Counted from the stretch's first letter, positions 28,770-39,003 are shown. The stretch: 64,000 nt of DNA from Spirochaetia bacterium (GCA_963677595.1 OY782041.1:3392001-3456000); one strand, 5' to 3'. Notes: a model not told the origin generated them from the letters alone. Numbers and translations: made by a program.

Positions 28770-29468
28770 ATGGATTATATCGTCGCACGATCATTCAACT
28801 ACCTCTTCATCATACTCGACATCCTGTGGCTGATCATCTATACCGCTATCCTGCTCGACCGGAAGAAGTACGCGGCTATCACGGTAGGCCTGCTGGCAGG
28901 CCTCCTCTATGTCATCGTCGACTATGGGTTCTTCTACCTCATCCTCGGGACCAGGCATGTCGAAGGGGCTGCGACTTTCCCGCTGCTCTTCTGGCTGAGC
29001 ATGAGCTACGGGTTCACCAACTTCACTTGGATCTGGCTGCTCCTTGACCGGGACGGGAAGGCCCTGGAGTGGTCACTCCTGCTGGTCATCGGATGGCTCG
29101 CGGTAGGATTGCTGAGCATGAATGCCGGCGGCAGGTTCCCGATGGTGACGATCGAGCGGCGGGTAGCCTCATACCACGGCTATATGGCTGCCATACTGGC
29201 CGTCGGCTACGGGATCCTGATCGTCAGGAACCTGCGAGCCGAAGCGGGGGAGGAGACTGCCCCGATCGGGCGTATCCTGCTCATCGGTATCGGAGTGCAG
29301 CTCGCCTGGGAGTCGGTGCTCCTGCTTACGGGGATCAGGCCCTCAGGGCTGCGGCCCATCGTGGTCAACAGCCTGCTTGAGACCAACCTCGGACTCCCCT
29401 ATATGTATCTCATCCACCGGCGATACCGGCTCAGGTATGAGACAGCTGCAGGGCTGCCTGTCTCATGA
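28770..29468 (+). CDS. Hypothetical integral membrane protein (about 7 TM)
   Basis: Long hydrophobic ORF with host-like codon usage. No family recognised. Confidence 0.75.
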   Translation: MDYIVARSFNYLFIILDILWLIIYTAILLDRKKYAAITVGLLAGLLYVIVDYGFFYLILGTRHVEGAATFPLLFWLSMSYGFTNFTWIWLLLDRDGKALEWSLLLVIGWLAVGLLSMNAGGRFPMVTIERRVASYHGYMAAILAVGYGILIVRNLRAEAGEETAPIGRILLIGIGVQLAWESVLLLTGIRPSGLRPIVVNSLLETNLGLPYMYLIHRRYRLRYETAAGLPVS

Positions 29469-29570
29469 AAGTCACATATTGGCAGAAGTGTTCAATAAAA
29501 CCATGGAAAGAATGTGACAATGTGTTAGAATCTAAGTAATGTGACTATCCTGCAGGAGGAAGCGTGCTTC

Positions 29571-31154
29571 ATGGGATTCGATTATGAACGACTGACGACC
29601 CACTGTTATCTCATTCTGGCGTTCTCGTTCCTGCTTTCAGTCGGCGTCATGGTGCTGATCATGGTCACCGGCGGTACACCGAGCGTCTACATGAACCTCA
29701 TGTACATCCCGCTCGCCCTGGCCTCGACCTTCTCCGGAAGGAAGCGGGCTTTCATCTTCGCGGTCATCACCGGCATGATGCCTTGGATCGTCATGGCGGT
29801 GAGCCCCTACGGGCTCGAACCGGTCAAACAGCTCGTCACCCGACCGGTCTCCTTCATGATCATCTCCCTGGTCATCAGCAGCCTATCCGACTTCCATCGG
29901 GACCGGCTCATCCACGAGGAGACCTATGATGCCCATACCGGGTTGAAGAAGCTGCAGGCCCTCAAGAACTCACTCAAGCTCAACGACAGCCGTTCGGACC
30001 TCGTCATGCTCACGATCAGCAACCTCCAGTCTATATTCACGACCTTCAGCTATGACTTCGCCTCTGATTTCATCAGGGAGTTCGCCCATATCCTCAAGGA
30101 CCGGGTGAAGAAGTACCCGGGAGTCGAGGTCTACCGACTGGTGGAGAACGGGTTCCTCATCGAAGTCGTCTGCCGGCAGGACTGCGAGGGGAAACGGCTG
30201 GAATCGGTACTGCAGGACCTGCTGCCCATCCACAAGTCGATCATCGACGTGGACGGGGTCCCGGTCTATGTCGAGCTCAAGCTCGGGATAGCCACCGAGA
30301 ACCAGGGCAAGAGCCCGGAGGAGAGCATCAAGCATGCCTCGCTCGCACTCAAGTCCGCACAGGACTCGAACCGGGTCTCCTACCGGTATGAGGCCGAGCT
30401 CTCTGAGCGCTTCCTCATGCAGACCTTCGTGCTCAACCACTTCCGTTCGGCCATCGGGAGCAGGAAGCTCAAGCTCGCTTCCCAGAACATCTACACCTCC
30501 CGGGATAAGGGCCTTGCCGCGAGGGAGTTCCTCATCCGCTGGGAGCATGAGGAGGGCAGGTTCATTAGCCCCGCCATCTTCATACCGCTCATAGAGAAGA
30601 CCGACCTCATCCACGACCTGACACGCTTTGTGATAGATGAGGTCCTGCGGTATGTGTCGAACCGCAGTGCCGAGGAGAGAGATGTCATCGCATCGATCAA
30701 CTTCTCCTCGAAGGACTTCAGCCATGCGAACATCGAGTACCTCGTCAGGAGGATCAAGGAGTCTGGAGTCGATCCTGGCCGGATCCAGGTCGAGATCACG
30801 GAGGAGACGCTGAGCCAGACCGCCATGCTCCTCAGCCCCATCAGGAGCCTGAAGGATTCCGGGGTCCGGATCGCCATCGACGACTTCGGGACCGGCTACT
30901 CCTCCTACGACCTGCTGGCGAAACTGCCGATCGACGTAGTCAAGATCGACCGTTCGATCGTCAGCAGCATCGATACCGAGGTGCGCCATAAGAAACTGTG
31001 CGAGAACCTCGTTGACTACTGCACGACCTTCAAGATCGAGACGGTGGCTGAGGGTGTCGAGACTGAGAGCGTGGCAGAGGCCTGCAGGGAGATCGGGATC
31101 GACTACCTGCAGGGCTTCCTCTTCAACAGACCACAGCTGATCGAGCAGGCTTGA
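29571..31154 (+). CDS. Membrane EAL phosphodiesterase with degenerate GGDEF
   Basis: TM N-terminus, GGDEF replaced by LVENG, and EFLIRW, EITE, DDFGTGYSS, KIDRS, AEGVE and QG retained. GGAGG precedes ATG 29571. Confidence 0.88.
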   Translation: MGFDYERLTTHCYLILAFSFLLSVGVMVLIMVTGGTPSVYMNLMYIPLALASTFSGRKRAFIFAVITGMMPWIVMAVSPYGLEPVKQLVTRPVSFMIISLVISSLSDFHRDRLIHEETYDAHTGLKKLQALKNSLKLNDSRSDLVMLTISNLQSIFTTFSYDFASDFIREFAHILKDRVKKYPGVEVYRLVENGFLIEVVCRQDCEGKRLESVLQDLLPIHKSIIDVDGVPVYVELKLGIATENQGKSPEESIKHASLALKSAQDSNRVSYRYEAELSERFLMQTFVLNHFRSAIGSRKLKLASQNIYTSRDKGLAAREFLIRWEHEEGRFISPAIFIPLIEKTDLIHDLTRFVIDEVLRYVSNRSAEERDVIASINFSSKDFSHANIEYLVRRIKESGVDPGRIQVEITEETLSQTAMLLSPIRSLKDSGVRIAIDDFGTGYSSYDLLAKLPIDVVKIDRSIVSSIDTEVRHKKLCENLVDYCTTFKIETVAEGVETESVAEACREIGIDYLQGFLFNRPQLIEQA

Positions 31155-31208
31155 GGACTCCTGTAGGGAAGCTCCTCTTCTTCTCGGTATATTTCTGACT
31201 TTTTTAGT

Positions 31209-31236
31209 TTGAAATTCAGGAACTATCCAGTATACT
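31209..31236 (+). promoter_or_regulatory. Sigma70-like promoter 7 nt upstream of the ATG (probable leaderless mRNA)
   Basis: TTGAAA-16-TATACT-7-ATG, with no SD. Confidence 0.6.
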
Positions 31237-31243
31237 CTCCCTC

Positions 31244-32881
31244 ATGGAATATACAATACCGAAAACAGAATCAGCATATGAGTACCCGCTGCTCATCAAA
31301 CAGCTCTATCTTGCCCCGACCGAGTACCGGCCTGATGAGAAGATCATCTACCGGGACGAGATGGAGATCACCTATGCCCAGTGGCGTGAACGTGTCTGCC
31401 GGCTGGCCAGCGTCCTGGAATCGATCGGTGTGGTGCGCGGCTCGACGGTTGCCGTGCTCGACTGGGACTCGCACCGCTACCTCGAGGCATACTACGGCAT
31501 CCCGATGATGGGGGCAGTCCTCCACACGATCAACATGCGCTTAGCCCCGGAGTTCCTGGCCTACACGATCGAGCATGCCGAGGATGACGTGATCATCTGC
31601 CATGCAGACTTCCTGCCCCTGCTCGAGTCGATCAAGGGTCGTATCTCGGAGGACAGGAAGTTCCTCCTCATCGGGGAGAGCGACCATGCCACCACCCTCG
31701 ATATAGTAGGGGAGTATGAGGAACTGCTTGCGGCAGCCGAGCCTGCCTATGAGTTCCCCGATTTCGATGAGAACACGAGGGCGACCACCTTCTACACGAC
31801 CGGTACGACAGGACTGCCGAAGGGCGTCTACTTCTCCCACCGACAGATCGTGCTCCACACCCTCATCAACACCATCTCCCTCTCAGCATCGGCAGTGCAG
31901 GGGAGACTGCACAAAGAGTCCGTCTATATGCCGCTGACTCCCATGTTCCACGTGCATGCGTGGGGGATCCCCTACATCGCGACCTACCTCGGGGTGAAGC
32001 AGGTCTACCCCGGGAAGTACGAGCCTGCCATGATCCTCAAGCTCCTGATCTCCCAGCGGGTCTCCTACAGCCACTGCGTACCGACGATCTTACACCTCAT
32101 CCTGAACTCACCGGCCGCAGCCGAGTTCGACCTCTCGCACTGGACCGTGATCATCGGGGGCGCCGCCCTGCCGAAGGCGACAGCCCTGCAGGCACTGAAG
32201 CGCGGGATCGATGTATCGAGCGGCTACGGTATGTCAGAGACCGCACCGGTCCTCTCAGTCACCCAGCTCTCGAGCAAGGAGCTCGAGCTCGACTTGGAGG
32301 AGCAGGCAGCTATCAGGACACGTACCGGGAAGCCAGTAGGCTTGACCCAGATACGGGTCGTCGACGCAGAGGGGAATGAGGTGCCTGCAGATGACCGGAC
32401 ACCCGGCGAGATCCTCGTCAGGAATCCCTACCTCTCCATGGGCTACCTTAAGGACCATGTCCACTCGGAGAAGCTCTGGGAGGGCGGCTGGCTCCATACC
32501 CATGACGTGGCCTGCGTGAACCGTGAGGGCAGCCTGAGGATCATAGACCGTACGAAGGACGTGATCAAGGTAGGCGGGGAGTGGGTTGGCTCCCTCGATA
32601 TCGAGGATGTCATCACCAAGCATGAGAAGGTAGCGGAGTCGGCGGTCATCGCCTATCCCGATACCCAGTGGGGCGAGGTCCCCCTGGCGATCGTGGTGCC
32701 TGTTACAGGGGCCGAGATCACCGAGCGGGAGGTCAGGGCGATCGTCATGAACTCCGTCGAGGCCGGCATCCTGCCGCGTGAAGTGGTGACGCTGAAGGTC
32801 CGCTTCACCGACATGATCGACAAGACGAGTGTCGGCAAGATCAACAAGATCGCCCTGAGGGAGCGGTTCCTGGAATCATGA
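31244..32881 (+). CDS. Medium-chain fatty-acid--CoA ligase (AlkK/DmdB-like)
   Basis: YTTGTTGLPKG AMP-binding loop, PMFHVHAWG, GYGMSET, DR.KDVIK.GGEW and KTSVGK. Confidence 0.9.
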   Translation: MEYTIPKTESAYEYPLLIKQLYLAPTEYRPDEKIIYRDEMEITYAQWRERVCRLASVLESIGVVRGSTVAVLDWDSHRYLEAYYGIPMMGAVLHTINMRLAPEFLAYTIEHAEDDVIICHADFLPLLESIKGRISEDRKFLLIGESDHATTLDIVGEYEELLAAAEPAYEFPDFDENTRATTFYTTGTTGLPKGVYFSHRQIVLHTLINTISLSASAVQGRLHKESVYMPLTPMFHVHAWGIPYIATYLGVKQVYPGKYEPAMILKLLISQRVSYSHCVPTILHLILNSPAAAEFDLSHWTVIIGGAALPKATALQALKRGIDVSSGYGMSETAPVLSVTQLSSKELELDLEEQAAIRTRTGKPVGLTQIRVVDAEGNEVPADDRTPGEILVRNPYLSMGYLKDHVHSEKLWEGGWLHTHDVACVNREGSLRIIDRTKDVIKVGGEWVGSLDIEDVITKHEKVAESAVIAYPDTQWGEVPLAIVVPVTGAEITEREVRAIVMNSVEAGILPREVVTLKVRFTDMIDKTSVGKINKIALRERFLES

Positions 32882-32912
32882 TCACAGGATGCGTGAACAC
32901 TGTGTGACATGA

Positions 32913-32940
32913 AGAGAGACCGGCAGCAGCCGGTCTCTCT
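32913..32940. terminator. Bidirectional hairpin between convergent genes
   Basis: AGAGAGACCGGC-AGCA-GCCGGTCTCTCT, a perfect 12-bp stem. Confidence 0.75.
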
Positions 32941-32965
32941 CTAGTGATTACGTCGTTGTTCGTGT

Positions 32966-34018
32966 TCAGCCGTTCGGGTGGATGACGATCTTCATCGCCT
33001 CTGCATCGTTCAGGGCCTCGTCGAGGGCTTCGAAGTACTCTTCGAGGGGGTAGATCTTCGAGATGACCGGGGCTGAGTCGATTCGTTTTTGCTCCAGGAT
33101 GTCGAGACAGTCCTGGAAGTGGTACATCTGCAGCGGTGCGCTCAGGATCTTCAGTCCCTTCCTGATCAACAGGCCCGGGGAGACTGCTACCGTCTTCGGC
33201 TCGAAGTAGAAGAAGGAGTAGAGGACATAGCGGCCAAAGGGCGCGAGCAGGTTGATGCAGCTGTCGAACATGGGTCCGTCATCCCCTGCAGCGTCGATGA
33301 TCACGTCGACCCCATGGGGGAAGAGTTCCTTCAGTGCCTCCTCATGCTTGCTGTAGTCATCAGCGTCGACGAGGATGGTCTCTATGCCGCAGGCTGCGAT
33401 GCGATCAAGCTTGGACTGGATGAGGTCGAGTGAGACGACCCTCCCGGCACCGGAACTCTTCGCGAGCTGCGCGATCAGGTTCCCGCTCGAGCCGCAGCCG
33501 ATGACGGCGACACTGTCCCCGGGCTTGATCTCAGCATGGCTCACGCAGCTGTGGGCGCAATTGAGCAGCTCACTCAAGCAGGCGCTGTCGAAGCTGATGC
33601 TCTCAGGGAAGGGATAGACCTTGTCGGCCCTGCAGATGATGTACTGGGCGAACCCTCCCTGCATATTATGACCCTGCGCCTTATAGTTCTCGCACATCGT
33701 CGGCATGCCCATACGGCAGTAGTAGCAGGTACCGCACTGGTAGCCGTTATCGGCAGTGATCCGATCCCCGACCGAGACATGCGTGACATCCTTGCCCACT
33801 GCCGCGACCACGCCGGCGAACTCATGTCCAGGTGTGGCGGGATAGACCCCGAGCAGGGACCCGTTGCGGTCATGGCTGCTCTCCGCAGGCTTGCAGATAC
33901 CGCAGGCCATGACCTTCATCAGGACCTCATTGTCCTTGCAGGTCGGTACGGGTATCTCCTTCACGCTTCCATTCGCCCTTCCGGGCTTCTCATAGACAAC
34001 TGCTTTCATCATTTCCAT
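32966..34018 (-). CDS. Zn-dependent (MDR) polyol/sugar-acid dehydrogenase
   Basis: GHE, CGTCYYC..C structural Zn site and GCGSSG Rossmann motif. Confidence 0.88.
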   Translation of the reverse strand: MEMMKAVVYEKPGRANGSVKEIPVPTCKDNEVLMKVMACGICKPAESSHDRNGSLLGVYPATPGHEFAGVVAAVGKDVTHVSVGDRITADNGYQCGTCYYCRMGMPTMCENYKAQGHNMQGGFAQYIICRADKVYPFPESISFDSACLSELLNCAHSCVSHAEIKPGDSVAVIGCGSSGNLIAQLAKSSGAGRVVSLDLIQSKLDRIAACGIETILVDADDYSKHEEALKELFPHGVDVIIDAAGDDGPMFDSCINLLAPFGRYVLYSFFYFEPKTVAVSPGLLIRKGLKILSAPLQMYHFQDCLDILEQKRIDSAPVISKIYPLEEYFEALDEALNDAEAMKIVIHPNG

Positions 34019-34045
34019 ATCGTTAGTATACCATCCTTTGTGTTA

Positions 34046-35347
34046 TTATTTCAGGAGACTCGGGAGCCAGGTCGACAGTCCCGGGATGAAGATCATCAGC
34101 AGCAGGACGAACACACAGCATCCCAGGTACGGCCAGATGTAATAGACGACCTTGGTGAACTCCACCCGCTTCATCTTCGTCGTGACGAAGATGTTGACGC
34201 AGAACGGAGGAGAGATGGCTCCGATACAGAGGTTCACGAGGATGAGACCCGCAAGCTGTACCTGGTCGATCGCATAGGCATCGGCGATGGGTGTGAGCAG
34301 CGGGACGAACAGCAGAATAGCCGCATAACTGTCGATGAACATACCGCAGATGATGAAGAGTACCTGCACGATGAGCAGGAAGACGATCGGTGAGTGTATG
34401 TTTGCCGTCATCCATACGACGAGTTCCTCAGAGATGCCTGAGAAGGCGATCGCCTTCTGGGCCAGAGAACCTGCGGTCATGATGAAGAGGATGATACCGG
34501 TGAGGCTGATGGCGAACTTCATCATGTCCCGTACGGTGCCGCTGACGAGGTTCGGGTTCATCCGCTTCCGGATGAGGTAGTACCCCAGGCCGTAGACGGC
34601 AGAGATAGCCCCTGCCTCGGTTGCCGTGAAGACTCCGCCGTAAATACCGCCGAAGATGATGATCGGCATGAGGAGTGCCGGGAACGCCTTGTAGGTGCTC
34701 ACCCCGATGTTCTCCACATACTTGCTCATCACCAGCGGTTCGGTGTTCTTGGGCTCGACCTTGATCCGGTGGAAGTAGTTGACGATCGAGTAGAAGAGCG
34801 CGATGAGCAGGCCGGGGATCAGGGTGGCCATCCAGGCATCGGCGATACTGATGTTCGATGCCATGGCATAGATGATACCGGTCATGCTCGGAGGTATGAG
34901 GACCCCGAGGAAGCCCGCGGCCGCCATCAAGGCTGCCTGGTAGGCAGGCTCGTAGCCTCGCTTGTCCATCTCCGGGAAGACGATCTTGCTGATAGATGCG
35001 ATCGTGGCCTGGGTGGATCCAGTCAAAGCCCCGAATGCGGCACTAGCGAAGATCGCGACCGTACCGACAGATCCCCGCACACGCCCGACGAAGGCATCGA
35101 TGAACTTGAAGATACTCCTGGAGATCCCCGAGTACTCCATGATCGCACCTGCGAAGAGGAAGAAAGGGATAGCAAGGAGGTCGAAGTTGTTCGTTCCGTA
35201 GAACGCCGACTGTGCCAGGCTGTTGGTCGAGTAGCCGAAGATCAGGAAGACCGCGGTTGCCCCGAGCCCGATGGCGAACCCGACAGGGACACGGAACAGC
35301 AGGGCCGTTCCCAAGAAGATCAGGATGAATATAAGTAGGACTTCCAT
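34046..35347 (-). CDS. dctM: TRAP large permease
   Basis: LLAIPFF, FGALTGS, LIPPS, FTATEAG and SPPF. Confidence 0.93.
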   Translation of the reverse strand: MEVLLIFILIFLGTALLFRVPVGFAIGLGATAVFLIFGYSTNSLAQSAFYGTNNFDLLAIPFFLFAGAIMEYSGISRSIFKFIDAFVGRVRGSVGTVAIFASAAFGALTGSTQATIASISKIVFPEMDKRGYEPAYQAALMAAAGFLGVLIPPSMTGIIYAMASNISIADAWMATLIPGLLIALFYSIVNYFHRIKVEPKNTEPLVMSKYVENIGVSTYKAFPALLMPIIIFGGIYGGVFTATEAGAISAVYGLGYYLIRKRMNPNLVSGTVRDMMKFAISLTGIILFIMTAGSLAQKAIAFSGISEELVVWMTANIHSPIVFLLIVQVLFIICGMFIDSYAAILLFVPLLTPIADAYAIDQVQLAGLILVNLCIGAISPPFCVNIFVTTKMKRVEFTKVVYYIWPYLGCCVFVLLLMIFIPGLSTWLPSLLK

Positions 35348-35350
35348 ATG

Positions 35351-35926
35351 CTATTTCTCCTCCGTTCCTTTCTTCTGGTTCTCTGCGTTGATGACATCAC
35401 TCCAGTGTTCCCTCGGGAGCAGCAGGTTGCAGAGGGTATGTATGAATATGAGCAGACCGCCGATGATGACGAAACTCATGGGTATCCACATCTTGAACGG
35501 GAGGGCGACTGCAGCAGTCCCGATCTTGGCCATCTTGAACACGAACCGTGTATAGTAGAACATGAACACGCCAAGGAAGGACATGGAGAGCAGTTTCGAG
35601 ATCCTGTCAGTGATCGCGAGGATCTTGTCCGGGTTCTTCGTATGTTTCTTGACCAGGGCACCGAGGATGTCGATCTCAAGGTGGTCCCCGTTTGATGCTG
35701 CATAAGCAGCCCCGAGCCAGCCAAGCAGGATGAGCAGGTACCTGGCTGCCTCATCCGACCATGGCATCGAGATCTTGAAGACATACCGTGCCAGGATGAA
35801 GACGATGACCATGACCACCAGCAGCCACATGGTGATCATGGACAATACAGACTCAGCTGTACCGATATTCTTGTTCAGTTTATAGATAAAACGGTGAAAC
35901 TTATTAGTGAACTCTGGTTGTTTCAT
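35351..35926 (-). CDS. dctQ: TRAP small permease
   Basis: ARY..PWSDEAARY..HLEID with 4 TM helices. Confidence 0.9.
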   Translation of the reverse strand: MKQPEFTNKFHRFIYKLNKNIGTAESVLSMITMWLLVVMVIVFILARYVFKISMPWSDEAARYLLILLGWLGAAYAASNGDHLEIDILGALVKKHTKNPDKILAITDRISKLLSMSFLGVFMFYYTRFVFKMAKIGTAAVALPFKMWIPMSFVIIGGLLIFIHTLCNLLLPREHWSDVINAENQKKGTEEK

Positions 35927-35981
35927 TGGTTGTTAACCTTTCTCATTAGGAATGGGAGAGCTGATGCCCCGCCTGCACCAG

Positions 35982-36009
35982 GTACAGGGAAGCCGATGCT
36001 TCCCTGTAC
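35982..36009 (-). terminator. Stem-loop after dctP
   Basis: GTACAGGGAAGC-CGAT-GCTTCCCTGTAC, a perfect 12-bp stem. Confidence 0.65.
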
Positions 36010-36028
36010 GTAGTGTGATCATTCGATA

Positions 36029-37054
36029 CTACATATTCTCTTTGAAGATGCGCTCCATAGCTACCGGATCGAAGATGTCACGGTACTCTTCCCAGACATC
36101 GTAGGCAATAGCCTGCATTGCAGCCTGCATCTCTGCGCTCGGTTCGACGACGGTGATCGTCGGGTCGTCTACGCACTTCTGTACCCAGGTATCAGCGATG
36201 CCCCTCCAGGTTGCCCTGAGGTTCGCTGCGGTCTCGAAGCATGCATCGGTGATGATCTCTTTCTGTGCATCGCTCAGCTTGTCAGAGAACTCGCCGTTAG
36301 CTACCCAGTAGGTGGTCCCGTACATATCCCAGGTGAGGAGGATCCAGTCGATGACCTCTTCGAGCTTGAAGATCTGTGAAGCGGGGATGTTGTTGTGGAC
36401 AGCATCCATGGTCCCCTGCTGGAGGCCGGTGTACATGTTCACACCACTGATAGGCAGGGCTCCAAGAGCCTGGAAGTAGCTGTGGTGGAATGGGATGTCC
36501 GGTACGCGGACAGTCAGGCCCTTGAGGTCTTCCATAGAGTTGATCGGGTCACCGGTACCTTCGAGTACCTTCAGACCGAACTCTCCCGGACAGATCAGAT
36601 CTACGCCGTTCTCTGCAGCGACTTCTTTCTGTCGTTCGAACATCCACCCGGTGTTGAACTCGTCAACATCGTCCCAGGAAGTGATCAGGCCAGGCAGACA
36701 AGGCCAGGACATACCGACGTTGGGGACGAGCCAGTCAAGGGCATCGATAGACATGACTGACATGTCGATATCGCCCATGAGCATCAGCTGGCTAGCTTCA
36801 CGCTCGCCGCCGAGGGTCCCGGCCGGGGTGATATTACAGGTGATCGCCCCATTGGAACGTTCCTTCACCAGGTCCGCAAACTGTGATACCGTCTCCATGA
36901 TAAATGGGTCCGCTACCCCGTGATAGATATTTATCTTGAGCGGTGCGATCCCGCCGTCATCTGCAGCTGCAGCCGTCTCGGACTGTCCGCCTGCGAAGAC
37001 CATGGTGAAGCTCATCAGCATGATGAGTGACAACACAAGTACCTTTTTCATCAT
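36029..37054 (-). CDS. dctP: TRAP substrate-binding protein (divergent)
   Basis: Signal peptide, P.GTLGGERE, DLKGLTVRVP and YTGLQQG. Confidence 0.88.
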   Translation of the reverse strand: MMKKVLVLSLIMLMSFTMVFAGGQSETAAAADDGGIAPLKINIYHGVADPFIMETVSQFADLVKERSNGAITCNITPAGTLGGEREASQLMLMGDIDMSVMSIDALDWLVPNVGMSWPCLPGLITSWDDVDEFNTGWMFERQKEVAAENGVDLICPGEFGLKVLEGTGDPINSMEDLKGLTVRVPDIPFHHSYFQALGALPISGVNMYTGLQQGTMDAVHNNIPASQIFKLEEVIDWILLTWDMYGTTYWVANGEFSDKLSDAQKEIITDACFETAANLRATWRGIADTWVQKCVDDPTITVVEPSAEMQAAMQAIAYDVWEEYRDIFDPVAMERIFKENM

Positions 37055-37333
37055 CTCCTACACTCCTATGTTTGTTGATTGTTTATTGAACACTAGAAAA
37101 GTGCAAATAAACTATCATTATGTTATCATAAATAATCATAAAGTCAACATGAAAATGTAAAATACCTATATGATACTGATTGTCAGGATGTAATAATTAT
37201 ACGCAACATCTGTGAACATGTGAAGGAAGGAAGATTATTCCTTATCCTGTAGAGTGATCCTATAGTGTCCTGCTATACCATAACAGTGCAGAGTGCAGTT
37301 ATTCGCCGGCATATGTCATGATATGAAGTGAAC

Positions 37334-37370
37334 AAAAATAAAGACCCTGGCCAGATCATTGGCCAGGGTC
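37334..37370 (-). terminator. Rho-independent terminator
   Basis: GACCCTGGCCA-N6-TGGCCAGGGTC followed on the minus strand by TTTATTTTT. Confidence 0.8.
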
Positions 37371-37389
37371 CCTGCGCTGGTATGTGGTG

Positions 37390-37827
37390 TTACGCAGCCC
37401 GTTTTCGTGTATGCCGCGGGAGGTCGTTCCCGGCAGTCTTGCTGAAGAGCCTGACGAACCAGTTGGTGCTTGCCTTGTAGATATAGTCAGCCACTGCATC
37501 CTCTGCAAGGGTGTCCTTGTCTTCCTGCATCATGGAGAACCAGTGCTCTGATACGTTGAGGTAGAGTTCCATCATAGTCCGCTTTCGGAATGCCAGTTTC
37601 ACCATGAGGGTGTCGAGTTCATAGGTCAGGGGAACATAGATGTTCTCATAGTACATGAAGAGCATATCATCGAAGGAGAACTCACAGTTGTATCTCTTCT
37701 GTGTCTCGTTATTGTAGAAGTTGATGTGGTCAAGGAGCGTGTTCCATCCCTCGTCACTGCCCATGACCATGCCGACGTTGGTAAAAGCATTCTCAACATA
37801 TTGTCTCTTGTCAGTTATCTGTGACAT
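37390..37827 (-). CDS. Stand-alone DUF4032-like domain protein
   Basis: LLDHI..YENIYVP..F.KRT..ELYL.VSEHW resembles the helical C-terminal domain of spirochaetal DUF4032 proteins. AAGGAG RBS. Confidence 0.55.
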   Translation of the reverse strand: MSQITDKRQYVENAFTNVGMVMGSDEGWNTLLDHINFYNNETQKRYNCEFSFDDMLFMYYENIYVPLTYELDTLMVKLAFRKRTMMELYLNVSEHWFSMMQEDKDTLAEDAVADYIYKASTNWFVRLFSKTAGNDLPRHTRKRAA

Positions 37828-38001
37828 GCGCCACTCCTTAAAAAGTATTTATTTATCGATACCATACGGTATATCGAAAAATAAATCAATATATTCAAGA
37901 AGAAAATGCTTGACAAATATGACATTTCACCCATATCTAATAAAAGATTCGATAATCCTCAAAAAAACAAAGAGAATACTCATAGATATATAAGTGTGCA
38001 G

Positions 38002-39003
38002 TCAATGCAGGCGCTTGAAGAAATCCTTTCCGTAGGATGCCAGCTCATCCTCGTAGATCGCCTTGACCTCGGGATAGATCGGGATGAAGTTCGGGATGCA
38101 CGGGATGAAGTGCCCTGCCGGGCAGTACTCGTCGATGCAGCGCCGTACCTCAGAACGGATTAGCTCTTCGTGTGCATCGGGTATGTCGATGAGCTGGGCA
38201 TCGATCCCGCCGATCAGCGCCATCCTGCCCTGTAGGGTCTCCTGGATGGCCGGGATATCATTCTGGGGGATGCCCCCCTGCCAGGCGTCCATCCCCATCT
38301 CTGCCATATCCTCCACGATGGGTTCACAGAAGCTGTCTGAGTGGTGGATGTAGATGATCCCCGCTGCCTTGATACAGTCCACGATCCGCTGCTGGTGGGG
38401 TTTGATCAGCTGTCTCCAGAGGTCGGGATGCATGAAGAGGCTCTCTTTGGTACCCCAGTCGTCATGGAAGATGATCACGTCGGGATGGATATGGGATATG
38501 ACCTGCCGCAGGTGTTCGAGCTTCCAGTCCGCGATAGCCCCAAGGAGGTCATACATATGGTCCGGTTCGAGCATATAGTTCACCAGGGCGTCCTGGAAGC
38601 CCATCAGGTAGTGCGTTCGTTCGAACAGCCCCCCGATGAGCATGGCCCCGACGAGGTACTCGCTGCGATCCACCCCAGCAGCACAGGCCTCAGCCTGGGT
38701 CCAGTCCTGGCCAGTGAGGGGTGGGAGGACCAACTGTTCCCGCCACCTCGTGATGTCCTTCACTGCCTTGTTTCCCTCGGTGATGAAGGGATTGGGGAAG
38801 CTGTGCCCATCAGTGGTCTTCCAGGTGACACCCCAGGGGTCGAGGAACTCGCCCGGGACAGCGGGGGCTTCGCTCTCCTGGGTGATGGGGTCGGTGACGA
38901 TATGGCCGTTCATGAAATCCCCCTGGAATGCCTCCCAGGGATCAGCTATCCATCCGGGGCTGTCATGATGCAGCAGGCGAAGCCAGTTCTCTCTCTTCGT
39001 CAT
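38002..39003 (-). CDS. URO-D/methylcobamide methyltransferase family protein (O-demethylase MT-I-like)
   Basis: DPWGVTW, GLFER..LMGF, HDDWG, HSDS and LIGGID, with a Cys near the C-terminus. Confidence 0.8.
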   Translation of the reverse strand: MTKRENWLRLLHHDSPGWIADPWEAFQGDFMNGHIVTDPITQESEAPAVPGEFLDPWGVTWKTTDGHSFPNPFITEGNKAVKDITRWREQLVLPPLTGQDWTQAEACAAGVDRSEYLVGAMLIGGLFERTHYLMGFQDALVNYMLEPDHMYDLLGAIADWKLEHLRQVISHIHPDVIIFHDDWGTKESLFMHPDLWRQLIKPHQQRIVDCIKAAGIIYIHHSDSFCEPIVEDMAEMGMDAWQGGIPQNDIPAIQETLQGRMALIGGIDAQLIDIPDAHEELIRSEVRRCIDEYCPAGHFIPCIPNFIPIYPEVKAIYEDELASYGKDFFKRLH

